Shown here piece by piece: positions 39,850-50,302 of a stretch of DNA of 64,000 nt (the stretch's first letter is position 1; each line of letters begins with the position of its first letter). The translations under genes and the position numbers were made by a program. Below the pieces are notes generated by a model, which was given only the letters and a program-made list of their open reading frames with translations, did not search any database and was not told the origin of the DNA. The DNA lies in assembly GCA_026986575.1 (NCBI GenBank), contig JALSOH010000006.1:320001-384000 (forward strand). The letters run 5' to 3'. This DNA is from Thermoproteota archaeon. Lineage in GTDB: Archaea > Korarchaeota > Korarchaeia > Korarchaeales > Korarchaeaceae.

Positions 39850-42800
39850 ATGCGAGGCCTCATGAAGGTAAAATTCGGGCTGCTGTTGATACTTCTACTC
39901 CTCCTACCAGCTTACGGCGTGAAGGCGACCACTCCGAGAACCCTAGTGGTCCATACTGGGACGGCTTGTATCTCCGGCGACCTGTACTTCGATCTACCTA
40001 GCGAAGCCCTGTCTTCAGCCTCCCCTAGTGATACGATACTCGTGTGTCCCGGAACCTATAGGGATAATGTGAAGATTGTAGTGAGCGATATCTCGTTCAG
40101 AGGTGTGGGTGACCCATCACAGGTCAGGATAGAGGCCCTAAATACCACCCAGAATGTCATAGAGCTGTGGAACGTGAGGAATGTGACGGTGGAGAATTTC
40201 ACCGTGGTAGGTGCTATCGGCTCCCAGATGGCGGGAATACACGTCCAGCTCTCTAGTGAGAGTCTCATCAGGAACATCGTCGCCACGGGTAATTACTTCG
40301 GGATCAACGTAGTATCGAGCTCAAACATCACTCTCAGCGGGATCGACGCGAGCAATAACACTAACGTGGGGATCAACGTGAAGGGGACAGTGATATCAGC
40401 GATCCGCGAATCCTCGGCCGAGGGGAACAGGGTAGGCCTGCTCCTCCTGTTCACATCCGATACCCTAGTAGAAAAGGTGAACACCACCGGAAACTCAGAA
40501 GGAGGGGTGCTGCTGGAGTACTCGGCCAACAACACATTCTCAAACCTGTTCTCCGGTAGGAACGGATGGTACGGGATCTACTTGGAAGATTCTGACGATA
40601 ATTCATTCTCTGATATCGTGACGGTGAACAACACGGCTTCTGGAAGCGACGGTTACGGTATCTACATCTACTTGAGGTCCGAGGACAACGAGTTCACCAA
40701 GATGAGTACTGAGGGAAACATCTACGGGGTTGCCGTGGTGTCACAATCCAACAGGAATTCCCTGACGAATTCCACGATGGAGAACAACACGATAGCTGGA
40801 GTTTACGTGGAGGCGAGCGAGGGTAACGAGATAGATGCGGAGATCTCGGGTAGCATGTACGGAGTGTGGATCCAAGACGGAAACGGTAACGAGATCAGAG
40901 GGGAGATAAGTGAATGCAGGTGGGGTGTGCTACTCTCCGGCCTCTCCGGATCGTCGGGCAATGTGATCAACGGCACATCTATACACGACAATTCGTATAC
41001 GGGCGTAATAGTGGAAGGTAACTCATCCCGAGGTAACGTAATTACTAGGATCTCTTCCTACAACAACACTCTATTGGGCATAGACTTGGGTGGAGACTTC
41101 GTGACGCTCAACGACGGTTCGCTGTCCACGGGTCCCAACGACCTAGTGGATTATCCCGTCTTCTCTTGGGCCGCTGTCTACGGGAGCAGGCTCATAGTGA
41201 GGGGTTACATAAATGTAGAGGGATCGAACAGCGCCAATTCCAATTTCGATAATGCAACCGTGGAGATCTACCAGTCTGACGGGGATCCCAGCGGATACGG
41301 TGAGGGTCTGAGGTACTTGGGCACTCTGATGGCGGAAAATGGTGAATTCATGGGATGGATAGATCTACCTCCCGAGCTGACCTCCAAGCCCATAAATCTG
41401 ACCGCTCTGACTACACTGCTCCCACACGGGACTTCCGAGTTCGGTCCGGTATACGAGGCGCCCGCTGTGGCGACGAACCTGACCATCTCCAAGTCCATCA
41501 ACCCTTCCACGGTGACGCCCAATTCCACAGCAGAAGTTTTACTCCTGATCAGGAATTACGGCAACGGAACCGCGTACAACGTCACGGTAACTGATGTACT
41601 CCCGGAGGGCATGGAATACATTAACGGAACCGCGAGGGTCGATGGAGACATTGTGGAGCCGGAAATCGAGGGCAGGAATCTGAGCTGGTTGCTGGATGTG
41701 CCAGCCTACTCCGAGGTCGTCATAAGGTTCAACGTCTCGATCAACGCACCAGCCGGCACGACCTTGGAGAACTTGGTGGTCTTCGATGGAGATTACGGGG
41801 ATGGGAACGACACCGATGAGGTCGATGTGATAAACCCGGCCATATTAGAGGTCACCAAGGAGGCCCAGCCCGACCTAGTGGATGTGAATGAGACAGTCAA
41901 CTACACGGTGATCCTCGCCAACTCTGGCGGAATGTCCGCCCTCCTGATGGTGGAGGACCTACTTCCATCTGGGATGAATTACGTGAATGGATCCTTCTCA
42001 TCCAACCAGACCGTGGACGGTCCGGTGATTGAGGGCGGACATATGAGGTACAACATCACCTTGAATCCAGGCCAAGCAGCTAGGGTGACGTATTCCCTCA
42101 TGGCAACAACATACGGCACTAAGGAGAACAAAGTATATGTCAACAACTCCTTCATGGCATCTGCCTCCGTGCTCGTGAGAGACCCGCCGCCTCCACCGCC
42201 TCCCGACAGTGGTGGTAACACCGGAGGGTCTAACCGCAGGAGAACCCCACCACCGTGCGGTTGGATACCCCCGAACAATGACATAGAGGATCAAGCCCCC
42301 CAGAATAATGGGGAAGAAACTCATAACTACAGGCTGACCAGTCCCCCGATAGTCTTGGTGTCATTGGGATCCCAAGGAATCTTCTCCTCTCATGGAGGGC
42401 AGGGTAGCTCCGGAACGGGATCAGGATCCAGCGGGAGCATCTCCACTTCGCAGAACGGGAGCGAAAACGGCATATCTGGAGTGGCTGGAGTAACCAGTCC
42501 TCCCTTGGTGGTGGTCGAGCTGATGGCCACACCGACTTCAGCTGAGACCGGGACGCCCATCACGTTCGTGGTCAGGGTGAGCAACATAGGGGATGGTCCA
42601 TCCAAGGATCTCTCCCTCACGGTGGACCTCACAAGCGGCTTGGACTATGTGAAAGGCACCTCCATGGTCGGAGGTCTCCGAAGGGAGCCAGATAACGAGA
42701 ATAACAGGCTAGAGTGGGAGATTGGGGACTTGGACCCAGGTAAAGCCGTCGAGGTCAGCTTCAGGGCTGAATTGCTGGCCACATCCGGCAGCTTCAACGT

Positions 42801-43743
42801 GGTAGCCAAGGCCGACTCCTCATCTGATAGCGTACTGATATCGGTTAAGCCCAAGTCCAAACCCGCCCCACCGAAACCGCCGGCCCCGCCACCCGAGGTG
42901 GTCGACCTCAGGGCATCTGCTAGCAACTCTGGAGGTAACAGCCGCATAAGGGTGACTATATCAAGCCCGACCGGGGCGAGATCCGTCAAGATACTGGTGA
43001 ACTTGGACCCGTCGCTCAGATACGTTCAGGGAAGCTCTAGAATAGGGGGAATAGCCTCACCCCCCAAGGTGAGCGGGAACGTGCTGGAATGGCATGTCTC
43101 TATTTCAAAGGGAGGCACGGCCACCATAACGTTCGAAGTAGCGCCAGCTGATGAGGAGTCTACTGGTGGTAGCGTGCTGGTCTCCCTGCCCAAGTACGGG
43201 AAGAGCGTCAAGGTGGAGGTGGAGTTCAGTCCCGCCCAGAGAGGGGTTGCTCCACCACCAACCTTCAGCATAGAACTGCCGTCCCTTCCGTCAATCCCGT
43301 GGTGGGTGATACTAATTCCCTTGGCACTGATCCCCTTCCTGCTGGCGGTGAGAAGGAGGGAAAGGGTCAAGAGGATAGTGATGGATTACGAGGCGCTGAA
43401 GTGGGCGGTGAGGAGAGGGGTCCTAGAGGACCTAGTCCAAGACCACGAGATACTGATACCCATGGAGACCTTCAACAAGCTGAGCAGGGACCGGGCTCTC
43501 ATGTCCTCCATAGAGAAGCTCATAGTTGACAGGGCTATAAAGGTCGAGAAAGCCCCGAAGAGGAAGATCGTCGTGAAGGGGGCTGACGAGGAGCTTTCAG
43601 CCGCTCTGGGTCTGGCGGACAGGGAGGGCATACCGATATACACCGGCAGGGAGGAACTGCTCAAGGAGCTCAAAAGGAGGGGCTTCGATGCGAGGTTGAT
43701 AAGGGAGGCCCCCCCGCCGGTGCTGAAGAGGGAGCTCCCCTAA
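39850..43743 (+). CDS. Large membrane-anchored surface protein: signal peptide, parallel beta-helix (NosD/PbH1), DUF11-like repeats, Pro/Ser linkers, TM helix, C-terminal PIN-like domain
   Basis: Repeated N..GI.L..S..N units; ISKS...N.G...A.NVTVTDVLP.G..Y..G repeats; WWVILIPLALIPFLLAVRRR anchor; tail RIVMDYEAL...ILIP...LGLA...IYTG. Confidence 0.8.
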   Translation: MRGLMKVKFGLLLILLLLLPAYGVKATTPRTLVVHTGTACISGDLYFDLPSEALSSASPSDTILVCPGTYRDNVKIVVSDISFRGVGDPSQVRIEALNTTQNVIELWNVRNVTVENFTVVGAIGSQMAGIHVQLSSESLIRNIVATGNYFGINVVSSSNITLSGIDASNNTNVGINVKGTVISAIRESSAEGNRVGLLLLFTSDTLVEKVNTTGNSEGGVLLEYSANNTFSNLFSGRNGWYGIYLEDSDDNSFSDIVTVNNTASGSDGYGIYIYLRSEDNEFTKMSTEGNIYGVAVVSQSNRNSLTNSTMENNTIAGVYVEASEGNEIDAEISGSMYGVWIQDGNGNEIRGEISECRWGVLLSGLSGSSGNVINGTSIHDNSYTGVIVEGNSSRGNVITRISSYNNTLLGIDLGGDFVTLNDGSLSTGPNDLVDYPVFSWAAVYGSRLIVRGYINVEGSNSANSNFDNATVEIYQSDGDPSGYGEGLRYLGTLMAENGEFMGWIDLPPELTSKPINLTALTTLLPHGTSEFGPVYEAPAVATNLTISKSINPSTVTPNSTAEVLLLIRNYGNGTAYNVTVTDVLPEGMEYINGTARVDGDIVEPEIEGRNLSWLLDVPAYSEVVIRFNVSINAPAGTTLENLVVFDGDYGDGNDTDEVDVINPAILEVTKEAQPDLVDVNETVNYTVILANSGGMSALLMVEDLLPSGMNYVNGSFSSNQTVDGPVIEGGHMRYNITLNPGQAARVTYSLMATTYGTKENKVYVNNSFMASASVLVRDPPPPPPPDSGGNTGGSNRRRTPPPCGWIPPNNDIEDQAPQNNGEETHNYRLTSPPIVLVSLGSQGIFSSHGGQGSSGTGSGSSGSISTSQNGSENGISGVAGVTSPPLVVVELMATPTSAETGTPITFVVRVSNIGDGPSKDLSLTVDLTSGLDYVKGTSMVGGLRREPDNENNRLEWEIGDLDPGKAVEVSFRAELLATSGSFNVVAKADSSSDSVLISVKPKSKPAPPKPPAPPPEVVDLRASASNSGGNSRIRVTISSPTGARSVKILVNLDPSLRYVQGSSRIGGIASPPKVSGNVLEWHVSISKGGTATITFEVAPADEESTGGSVLVSLPKYGKSVKVEVEFSPAQRGVAPPPTFSIELPSLPSIPWWVILIPLALIPFLLAVRRRERVKRIVMDYEALKWAVRRGVLEDLVQDHEILIPMETFNKLSRDRALMSSIEKLIVDRAIKVEKAPKRKIVVKGADEELSAALGLADREGIPIYTGREELLKELKRRGFDARLIREAPPPVLKRELP

Positions 43744-43753
43744 CCTTATCCAC

Positions 43754-45388
43754 TCATCCCCTCTTTATTTCGTCTTTCAGCCCCATCTTACCCTCCCTGA
43801 ATATCCTCGGATCCATCTCTCTGAGATCGTCTGCTATTACCGGCTTGAACTCCATCTTGGATAGCAAATCCCTATCTAGGTCAACGCCCGGCGCTATCTC
43901 CTCGAGCACCAGCCCTCCATCGGTCAGCCTGAACACCGCTCTCTCCGTTATGTAGAGCACCTCCTTACCCTCCTCCAGAGCGACCTTCCCGTTGAAGACT
44001 ATCTTGTAAACGTTCTTGACGAATTTGATCACATTCCCGTCCATCTCTATGCGAAGCTTTCCATCTCCAACCTTCAGCTTCTTCTTACCGGCCGTGAATC
44101 CTCCACCGAAGAAAACCCTCGGGGATCCGGCGGCTATAACCGGAAAACCACCCGGACCAGGCATCCTGTTTGGGAGCATGGACGGGTTGACGTTTCCCTC
44201 CTTGTCTATCTGCATGAATCCCAGAGAGGCAGCATCTATTATCCCGCCCTCGTAGTTGGTGAACATGTCAGGCATCGGTATAATGGCGAAGGGACCTATG
44301 GATACGCCGAAGTCCTCCCCCATCAGGGCCAGCCCGCCCCACGGTCCGGACTCTATGGTAGTCACGATGTAATCTGAGATCCCCTCCTCGGCAGCGACGT
44401 TGGTGACCATGGCCGGGATTCCTATACCTAGGTTCACGAGGATCGGGCCACCCTTCTTGTTCACGAGCTTCACCATCTCCAAGGCTATCCTCCTCGCGAC
44501 GACCTTCCTCTCGTTCAGCTCCATCTTTGGAAGCAGATTGGGAGTTATCGGTGGAATGATAGTACCGCTTATTCGGGGGTCGTACATGATGGTCCCGCTC
44601 TGCCAGTGGTACTGGGGAGGAGCCACGACCAAGAAGTCCACCAAGGGCCCGGGCACGTGAACATCCTTCGGGTTCAGGGAGCCAAATCTCGCCTCCCTCT
44701 CCACCTGAGCGATCACTATCCCTGGGTTCGGCTGGGCCTTCGCAGCTTGAGCGATGGCCAGCACGGTCCCAAATATGCCCTCCTTCTCCATGGTTATGTT
44801 TCCCATCTCATCAGCAGTGGTTCCCCTGATCATGGAAACGTTAGGCTTTGGAGCTTCGTAGAACAGGTACTCCTCACCATCTATCTCTATGAGGGAAACC
44901 CGGCAGGTCCTTCTCTCCCGAGCCAGATCGTTCATCGCACCACCATCCTGCCTGGGGTCGAGGAAGGTCCCCCTGCCTATGGATGTCAAGAGGCCCGGTC
45001 TCCCCGAGGCCACCTCCCTGAACCAGTAGGCAGCCATCCCTATGGACCAAGAATAGAGCTCTATCCTGTTCTCCATGGCCAATTTCTGAACGTACGGTGC
45101 CCATCCGGTGAACGGTAGGAGCATCCCCCTGATGAACTCCTGGCCCTCCTCCTCGTACACCCTCCTGGCCACGAAGTCGAGGGCCCTGTTGGGGGTAGCC
45201 GGGAGCGTGTCCGATATTATGAAGAGATCCTTGGGATGGCCCGTGTCCCTATATCTCTCCCACAGCTTCATTATCAGGTATTCCGGAGTTGTGGCCATGT
45301 TGAAACCGGATATGGCCACCACTGATCCATCCGGGACATGGGAGAGGGCCTCCTCAACGCTGACGAACTTGTTATAGGGTAGCGACAT
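43754..45388 (-). CDS. Family I acyl-CoA:acetate/3-ketoacid CoA-transferase (YdiF/propionate CoA-transferase-like)
   Basis: GTFLDPR..GG, RGTTADE.GN, VNLGIGIP, TIESG, YITERAVF, EIAPGVD. Confidence 0.9.
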   Translation of the reverse strand: MSLPYNKFVSVEEALSHVPDGSVVAISGFNMATTPEYLIMKLWERYRDTGHPKDLFIISDTLPATPNRALDFVARRVYEEEGQEFIRGMLLPFTGWAPYVQKLAMENRIELYSWSIGMAAYWFREVASGRPGLLTSIGRGTFLDPRQDGGAMNDLARERRTCRVSLIEIDGEEYLFYEAPKPNVSMIRGTTADEMGNITMEKEGIFGTVLAIAQAAKAQPNPGIVIAQVEREARFGSLNPKDVHVPGPLVDFLVVAPPQYHWQSGTIMYDPRISGTIIPPITPNLLPKMELNERKVVARRIALEMVKLVNKKGGPILVNLGIGIPAMVTNVAAEEGISDYIVTTIESGPWGGLALMGEDFGVSIGPFAIIPMPDMFTNYEGGIIDAASLGFMQIDKEGNVNPSMLPNRMPGPGGFPVIAAGSPRVFFGGGFTAGKKKLKVGDGKLRIEMDGNVIKFVKNVYKIVFNGKVALEEGKEVLYITERAVFRLTDGGLVLEEIAPGVDLDRDLLSKMEFKPVIADDLREMDPRIFREGKMGLKDEIKRG

Positions 45389-45483
45389 CTAAACACCATT
45401 GTAATATTGTATGTTCAAAGATTAAATTGCTACCGGAAGGGGAACTGGGATAAGTGAGACGACCTTAAAATCAGGGGTCTTCC

Positions 45484-46449
45484 ATGCTCCTCCTGCGACC
45501 TAGCGATGTGAGGGAAGCTATAGAGAGCGATATCAGGGGTTTTCTGGATGCTCTCAAGAGTGCTCTAATCGAGAAATCCTCGGGCAAGGGATGGTATCCC
45601 TCTAGGCCGTCCACCAATCTTCCTAGGGGATGGATAGGCTTCATGCCAGCGTACTCTGAGGAGCTGGGTGCGGTGGCGGTGAAGATAGTCGGCGTCTTCC
45701 CCGAGAATCCGAGCAAGGGGTTACCCACAGTGCCAGCCTCCGTTCTGCTGATGGATGCGGAGACGGGAATCCCCCTCTCCCTTATGGATGGAACAGTGAT
45801 CACGGAGTACAGGACCGGAGGTGCCAGCGCCCTCTCCGCCGAGGTAATGGCGAGGGTGGATTCAGAGTCGCTCCTGATCATCGGAGCTGGGACGCAGGGC
45901 AGGTCCCACTCACGCCTCATACCGGAGGTGAGGCCTATCAAAAGGGTGTTCGTGAGGGATATCGACAGGGCGAGAGCCGAGTCCCTCGCAAACTGGTTGA
46001 GAAAGAGAGGGCTCGACGCGGAGGTTGTCACCGAGAATAGAAATGCGGATATAATAGTGACGGTTACCACATCGAAGAAACCGGTATTGTTCGGTAGGGA
46101 CTTGGCTAGGGGCACCCATGTATGCGCAGTCGGTGCGTACACGTCTGACGCTAGGGAGCTTGACGATACGGCGATAACTTCCTTCGATAGGATCGTCGTC
46201 GATACGGCTGACGCACTCCAGGCCGGCGACCTCAAGATCCCCTTGGAAGAGGGGCTTATCTCGAGGGACAGGGTGGTCGGAGAACTAGGTGAGGTGCTGG
46301 CCGGCTTGAAGATCGGGAGGATCTCACTCGAGGAGATAACCCTGTACAAATCTGTTGGGACCTCGGCACTGGATGTAGCGGCCGCGTTCTTCGTGTACAA
46401 GAGGGCTGAGGAGTTGGGGCTGGGCAGGGAAGTGGACCTCTCCCCTTAA
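45484..46449 (+). CDS. Ornithine cyclodeaminase/mu-crystallin family (archaeal alanine dehydrogenase-like)
   Basis: MPAY, VK.V...PEN..GLPT, T..RTG, IGAG.Q, AVGA, YKSVG...DVA. Confidence 0.88.
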   Translation: MLLLRPSDVREAIESDIRGFLDALKSALIEKSSGKGWYPSRPSTNLPRGWIGFMPAYSEELGAVAVKIVGVFPENPSKGLPTVPASVLLMDAETGIPLSLMDGTVITEYRTGGASALSAEVMARVDSESLLIIGAGTQGRSHSRLIPEVRPIKRVFVRDIDRARAESLANWLRKRGLDAEVVTENRNADIIVTVTTSKKPVLFGRDLARGTHVCAVGAYTSDARELDDTAITSFDRIVVDTADALQAGDLKIPLEEGLISRDRVVGELGEVLAGLKIGRISLEEITLYKSVGTSALDVAAAFFVYKRAEELGLGREVDLSP

Positions 46450-46482
46450 CCATTTATTAGCATCAAACCCCTAATAAGATGG

Positions 46483-47283
46483 GTGGCCAGACTGAGCTGG
46501 GTACAGAGGGTCTTCGTGGAGAGAGCTGATCTCTACATCGAGGTTATGAATGGGACTTGGTCTGAAGGAGAGCAGATAGCTAAGTCTATAGTTAGGATCC
46601 TCAGGGGGAACGGTCTGGACTCCGGAAAGGTCTTGGACGCTTTCTGCGGTAACGGAAGGGTGGCCATCCCCCTAGCCATGGAGGGATACGAGGTCGTAGG
46701 AGTTGATATCTCCCTTCCCTTCATAGAGGACGCTAAGCAGAAGGCGGAGAAATACAGGGTCTCCGAGAGGACTAGGTTCGTCGTTTCCGATGCTAGAATG
46801 ATCGATGAGGTGCTGAAGGGCGAGGAGTTCGATGCCGTCATAATAGTTTCCACTTCGCTGGGCTACTATGATGGCACCACCGACGAGGAGATACTGAGGA
46901 AGCTCCGATCTCTGGCGAAGGATGGAGCCGTCCTGATAATAGCGAACACCCTTCACAGGGAGACCCCTGATTGGAGGTACTGTAACAGGACGTTCCAGAG
47001 GTATGGATCCCTCGTCCTCATGGAGGAGAGGAAGTTCGACCCACTGTGGTCGAGATTGACATCCAAGTGGATAATCCTGAGGGACGACGGGGAGGGCAAC
47101 CTGAACAAGGAGCTAGAAGTGAATACGGAGATGAGGGTCTACACACCCACGGAGCTGGCTGAGATACTTAAGAGGGCTGGTTGGGGAGTCGACTCGATAT
47201 ACGGGGATATAAGGAGGATGGAGAAGTTCATTCCCCCATGTACTCACCTAAGCCTGGTCGCTAAGGCCATTCAGACAGGTTAG
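46483..47283 (+). CDS. Class I SAM-dependent methyltransferase
   Basis: VLDAFCGNGR, GVDIS, DAR, FDAV..TSLGYY, R.YT..EL..L..AG. Confidence 0.85.
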   Translation: MARLSWVQRVFVERADLYIEVMNGTWSEGEQIAKSIVRILRGNGLDSGKVLDAFCGNGRVAIPLAMEGYEVVGVDISLPFIEDAKQKAEKYRVSERTRFVVSDARMIDEVLKGEEFDAVIIVSTSLGYYDGTTDEEILRKLRSLAKDGAVLIIANTLHRETPDWRYCNRTFQRYGSLVLMEERKFDPLWSRLTSKWIILRDDGEGNLNKELEVNTEMRVYTPTELAEILKRAGWGVDSIYGDIRRMEKFIPPCTHLSLVAKAIQTG

Positions 47284-49446
47284 AAGGTTCCTAATCAGCT
47301 CCCTGAACAGCTCGTAGGGATCCACCTTCAAGCCGAACCTCGATTTGACCATCTCCCATCCTTTCCCCTGAAGTACCTTGGCGATGAGTACTGAATCCTC
47401 CAACGGGGTCAGGCATTCTTTTCCGAGCCAGAAGTAGTATTTTGCCACCTCGTATACTGCATCAGACGCCAACTCGTAGATGTAAGTCCCCTTCACGAAG
47501 CCTATAAGCCTGCTCCTCTGGGACTGGCTGAGCTTCAACTTCCCGGATCTTATGGGGGTTTTGAGGAGGTGCCTCGCGACTAGCGGATTGAGGGGGAAGT
47601 AAACATCATGGAGGCTGTTGAGCAGGCGCCTCTTAAACTCCTTAACCACCTCTCCAAGCAAGTTCTTCGCCTTCCCGCTCAGGGGCTTCACCACCAGTAC
47701 GCTGTACTCCCCTGTGACTGGGTTCCTTCTCGGGCTTATGTGGACGGGCATGTATCCGTTCCTCACCCAGAACCTCAGCAGATCATTAGTAGCTCCGAAG
47801 CCAGCCCCCACCCAGTCAATTCCTTTGACTTCGGCCTCAGATTCCACTTCCTCTAAGGCCCGGGTCCCGAATCCCATCCCTTGGAGGTCCGGATGGGTGG
47901 CTATCCTGACGATCCTCCAGCCCCTCAACTTGCCGAAGGACTTGAAGTCGTAGTGAAGCACCACCCTAGATGGGATCATGTGGCCCGGTATGTCCCTCTG
48001 ACCCCTCATCATCTCCTCCAAGACGCTATTGGGCAGACCACCCTCCTCCGCTATGTGCAAGCTGACGACGGGTTCCCCTTCAAGCTTGAGGACCCGGGCG
48101 AAGTGATGAGGAGCGTCCAAGAGTGTCGCGAGATCGTTGGGCCTGTTCCTGTAGTGGGCCAACACGTAGATCCCGTAGAACTTCCGGAGGAAATCCTCTT
48201 TCACCTTAGACAGGTCCAATCCCTCGTAAATGGCGTTCTCAGGGGAACCACTCGGAGGGTCGCCCGGCTCAGCGTTAAGGAGGAGGAAGTCATACAGCCA
48301 CGTTTCGACCGGATCGCCAGGTGGGTACCTTATGGGCTCCTCCATCCTCTCCTCCATGTACGGCAGATTAGAGCCTCTCACCCTCTTAAGGAACCTCAGG
48401 GTAAAGCCCCTCCCTGCCCCCTCGTAACCATGCACCGTGCTCGAGAAGATTGCGAACCTGCTGGTGTGGAGGATCCTGAAGAGGGTGGAGATAGGAATGG
48501 CAGCGGCCTCGTCCACCACCTTCAGTTTGACCGAGACCTCAGCAGCGCTGTCAGGGGTTAGGAAGAAGACGTTCCGTCCCCTGAACTTTACATCTATGAT
48601 ATGCCCGTTCCTGATCAAGGGCTCGTACTTGACCCCCAAGCTGTCCAAACCCCTCATTAAGAACTCGAAGAGCGTCTGAATTCCCTCTAGATTCGGGGAA
48701 GTCACCACCGCCCTCTTGACTTTCGTTTTAGTGAGTATGTGAGCAAGAGCGAGCCCTATAACTGCGGACTTACCTCTCCCCCTGTTGGCTGTCAGTATAA
48801 ACGCCCTCTTCTTCTCATTAACGGCCTGTATCAAGGTAGAAAGGACTCTCTGCTGGTCTAGGGTAGCACAAAGATCCATTATGGGGTCGCCCGTCTTCTC
48901 CGGAGGTTTCCTGTCCCGAGAGACCTTGCCGACGAGCTGCCCCCGCACCTCCTCACCTAACAGGAAGGTACCAGGTCTTCCCAGAAAGGAGAGGAACCTC
49001 GCCTTGAAGAACTGCCTCACACCTCTCTCCTCGAAAGGAGGAACTATGAACCTCTTCTGGAACTCCGTTAGAGTGGAGAGCCATTCCTCAGCCGAAGGGA
49101 TGGAGAACAGCACGAGCCCTCCTCCCCTGACAACCTCCACCAGTCTTCCCAAGTCGTTGGCCCGAAACTGCTTGGAGAAATCGGCTATCAGAACATCCCA
49201 AGTCCCTCCCAAGATGTCGCCCGTCTGATCGAAATCTATGGAGGTGAGGCTCCCCTCATCCAGATCAACCCTCTCGGTACCGATGCCTCTGTGGGTGGCC
49301 AGGAGGACCCTCCCCCCACCATGCTTGGAGAGCCACTCTTTAGCTATCTCTGAGGCCCTCTCCAAGGAATCCTCCCCAGAGATCGTTATCAGTCTCCTCT
49401 CACTACTAGTGATTGCTTCCTCAACTATACTCGCGGGATCGATCAC
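47248..49446 (-). CDS. tmcA: tRNA/rRNA cytidine acetyltransferase (TmcA/Nat10)
   Basis: TANRGRGKSA, DEAAAIP, STVHGYEGAGRGF, PIRY..GDPVE, AHYRNRPND, RIATHP..QG.G.G. Confidence 0.95.
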   Translation of the reverse strand: MIDPASIVEEAITSSERRLITISGEDSLERASEIAKEWLSKHGGGRVLLATHRGIGTERVDLDEGSLTSIDFDQTGDILGGTWDVLIADFSKQFRANDLGRLVEVVRGGGLVLFSIPSAEEWLSTLTEFQKRFIVPPFEERGVRQFFKARFLSFLGRPGTFLLGEEVRGQLVGKVSRDRKPPEKTGDPIMDLCATLDQQRVLSTLIQAVNEKKRAFILTANRGRGKSAVIGLALAHILTKTKVKRAVVTSPNLEGIQTLFEFLMRGLDSLGVKYEPLIRNGHIIDVKFRGRNVFFLTPDSAAEVSVKLKVVDEAAAIPISTLFRILHTSRFAIFSSTVHGYEGAGRGFTLRFLKRVRGSNLPYMEERMEEPIRYPPGDPVETWLYDFLLLNAEPGDPPSGSPENAIYEGLDLSKVKEDFLRKFYGIYVLAHYRNRPNDLATLLDAPHHFARVLKLEGEPVVSLHIAEEGGLPNSVLEEMMRGQRDIPGHMIPSRVVLHYDFKSFGKLRGWRIVRIATHPDLQGMGFGTRALEEVESEAEVKGIDWVGAGFGATNDLLRFWVRNGYMPVHISPRRNPVTGEYSVLVVKPLSGKAKNLLGEVVKEFKRRLLNSLHDVYFPLNPLVARHLLKTPIRSGKLKLSQSQRSRLIGFVKGTYIYELASDAVYEVAKYYFWLGKECLTPLEDSVLIAKVLQGKGWEMVKSRFGLKVDPYELFRELIRNLLTCLNGLSDQA

Positions 49447-49450
49447 ATGC

Positions 49451-50302
49451 CTACCTCCCGTACAGCTCCCTTCTCATAGCCTCCAGCAATTCGTTCCTCC
49501 TGCCCGAGGCCTCCGCTGCCGTCTTAAACATGTTGGATATCGACGGCACTCTTTCCCTGAACCCAAGTTCCCTGCAGAAGTGGTGATCGAGCACCAGTAG
49601 CTCCAAGGAAGGGAGGTCTAGTATCCTCCTCAAGTTCTCCTCCGAAGCTCTGAGGCTCTCCTTAGAGTATCTGAAACCGAGCATGTAGGTCATCGGCCCA
49701 TCGATCACGGCGACATGGGGATCTACCTCCTCTATGAACCTCACCTGCTCATCCAAGGAGGGGCCCTCCACATCTGAGGAGAAGAGGAACCTCTCACCCT
49801 CGCTCTCCACTAGGACCTCTATAACGTATCCCAACTTGGTGTTAGTCCCGTGGGGAACCGCCTCGGAGAACCGTACGGATGTGGATCCGAACCTGAACTT
49901 CCTCCCGTCAGCGAACTCTATCTTTTTGGGGAGCCCCTCTATGCTCTTGAGGAAGAGGGGAGCTCTCTCCACCCGCTGGCTCCTGTTGATGTTTTCTCTG
50001 GGATGTTTGATCAGCACAACCTTCCCCTCATACACCTTCAGGGAAACCTTGCGACCCAGATCGAAGTGGTCGTAGTGGTAGTGAGTAATGATGATGACAT
50101 CAGAATCCAGCGCCTCTTCCTCGATGACCTTAGCTAACTCATACATCCTTTCCACTTCCTTGTCGTGAGGAGGTAGGCCGAACCTCCTAGGGGCGAGGGC
50201 CACGCTGGGGTCTACGAAGATCTTCACATCCTTGGTATCCACGACCGTGGCCATGCTCCTGACTCCCATACTGTCGAATGCAATCAATCTGAAGCTCAGC
50301 AA
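49451..50302 (-). CDS. MBL-fold metallohydrolase (UPF0282-like)
   Basis: SMGVRSMAT, DP.VAL.P.RFGLPPH, THYHYDH, PHG, SDVEGP, DHH. Confidence 0.85.
   Translation of the reverse strand: MLSFRLIAFDSMGVRSMATVVDTKDVKIFVDPSVALAPRRFGLPPHDKEVERMYELAKVIEEEALDSDVIIITHYHYDHFDLGRKVSLKVYEGKVVLIKHPRENINRSQRVERAPLFLKSIEGLPKKIEFADGRKFRFGSTSVRFSEAVPHGTNTKLGYVIEVLVESEGERFLFSSDVEGPSLDEQVRFIEEVDPHVAVIDGPMTYMLGFRYSKESLRASEENLRRILDLPSLELLVLDHHFCRELGFRERVPSISNMFKTAAEASGRRNELLEAMRRELYGR

Noticed and set aside
42180-42520. Pro/Gly/Ser-rich stretch and duplicated TSPP(I/L)V motif in the surface protein
   Set aside because: Ordinary low-complexity linker with a partial domain-start duplication; not a nucleotide repeat array
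45471-46400. Long antisense ORFs (also 7393-8124, 26669-27361, 34388-35227, 47881-48561, 30723-31340)
   Set aside because: Shadow frames opposite well-supported genes, Ser/Pro/Leu-rich and without recognisable motifs
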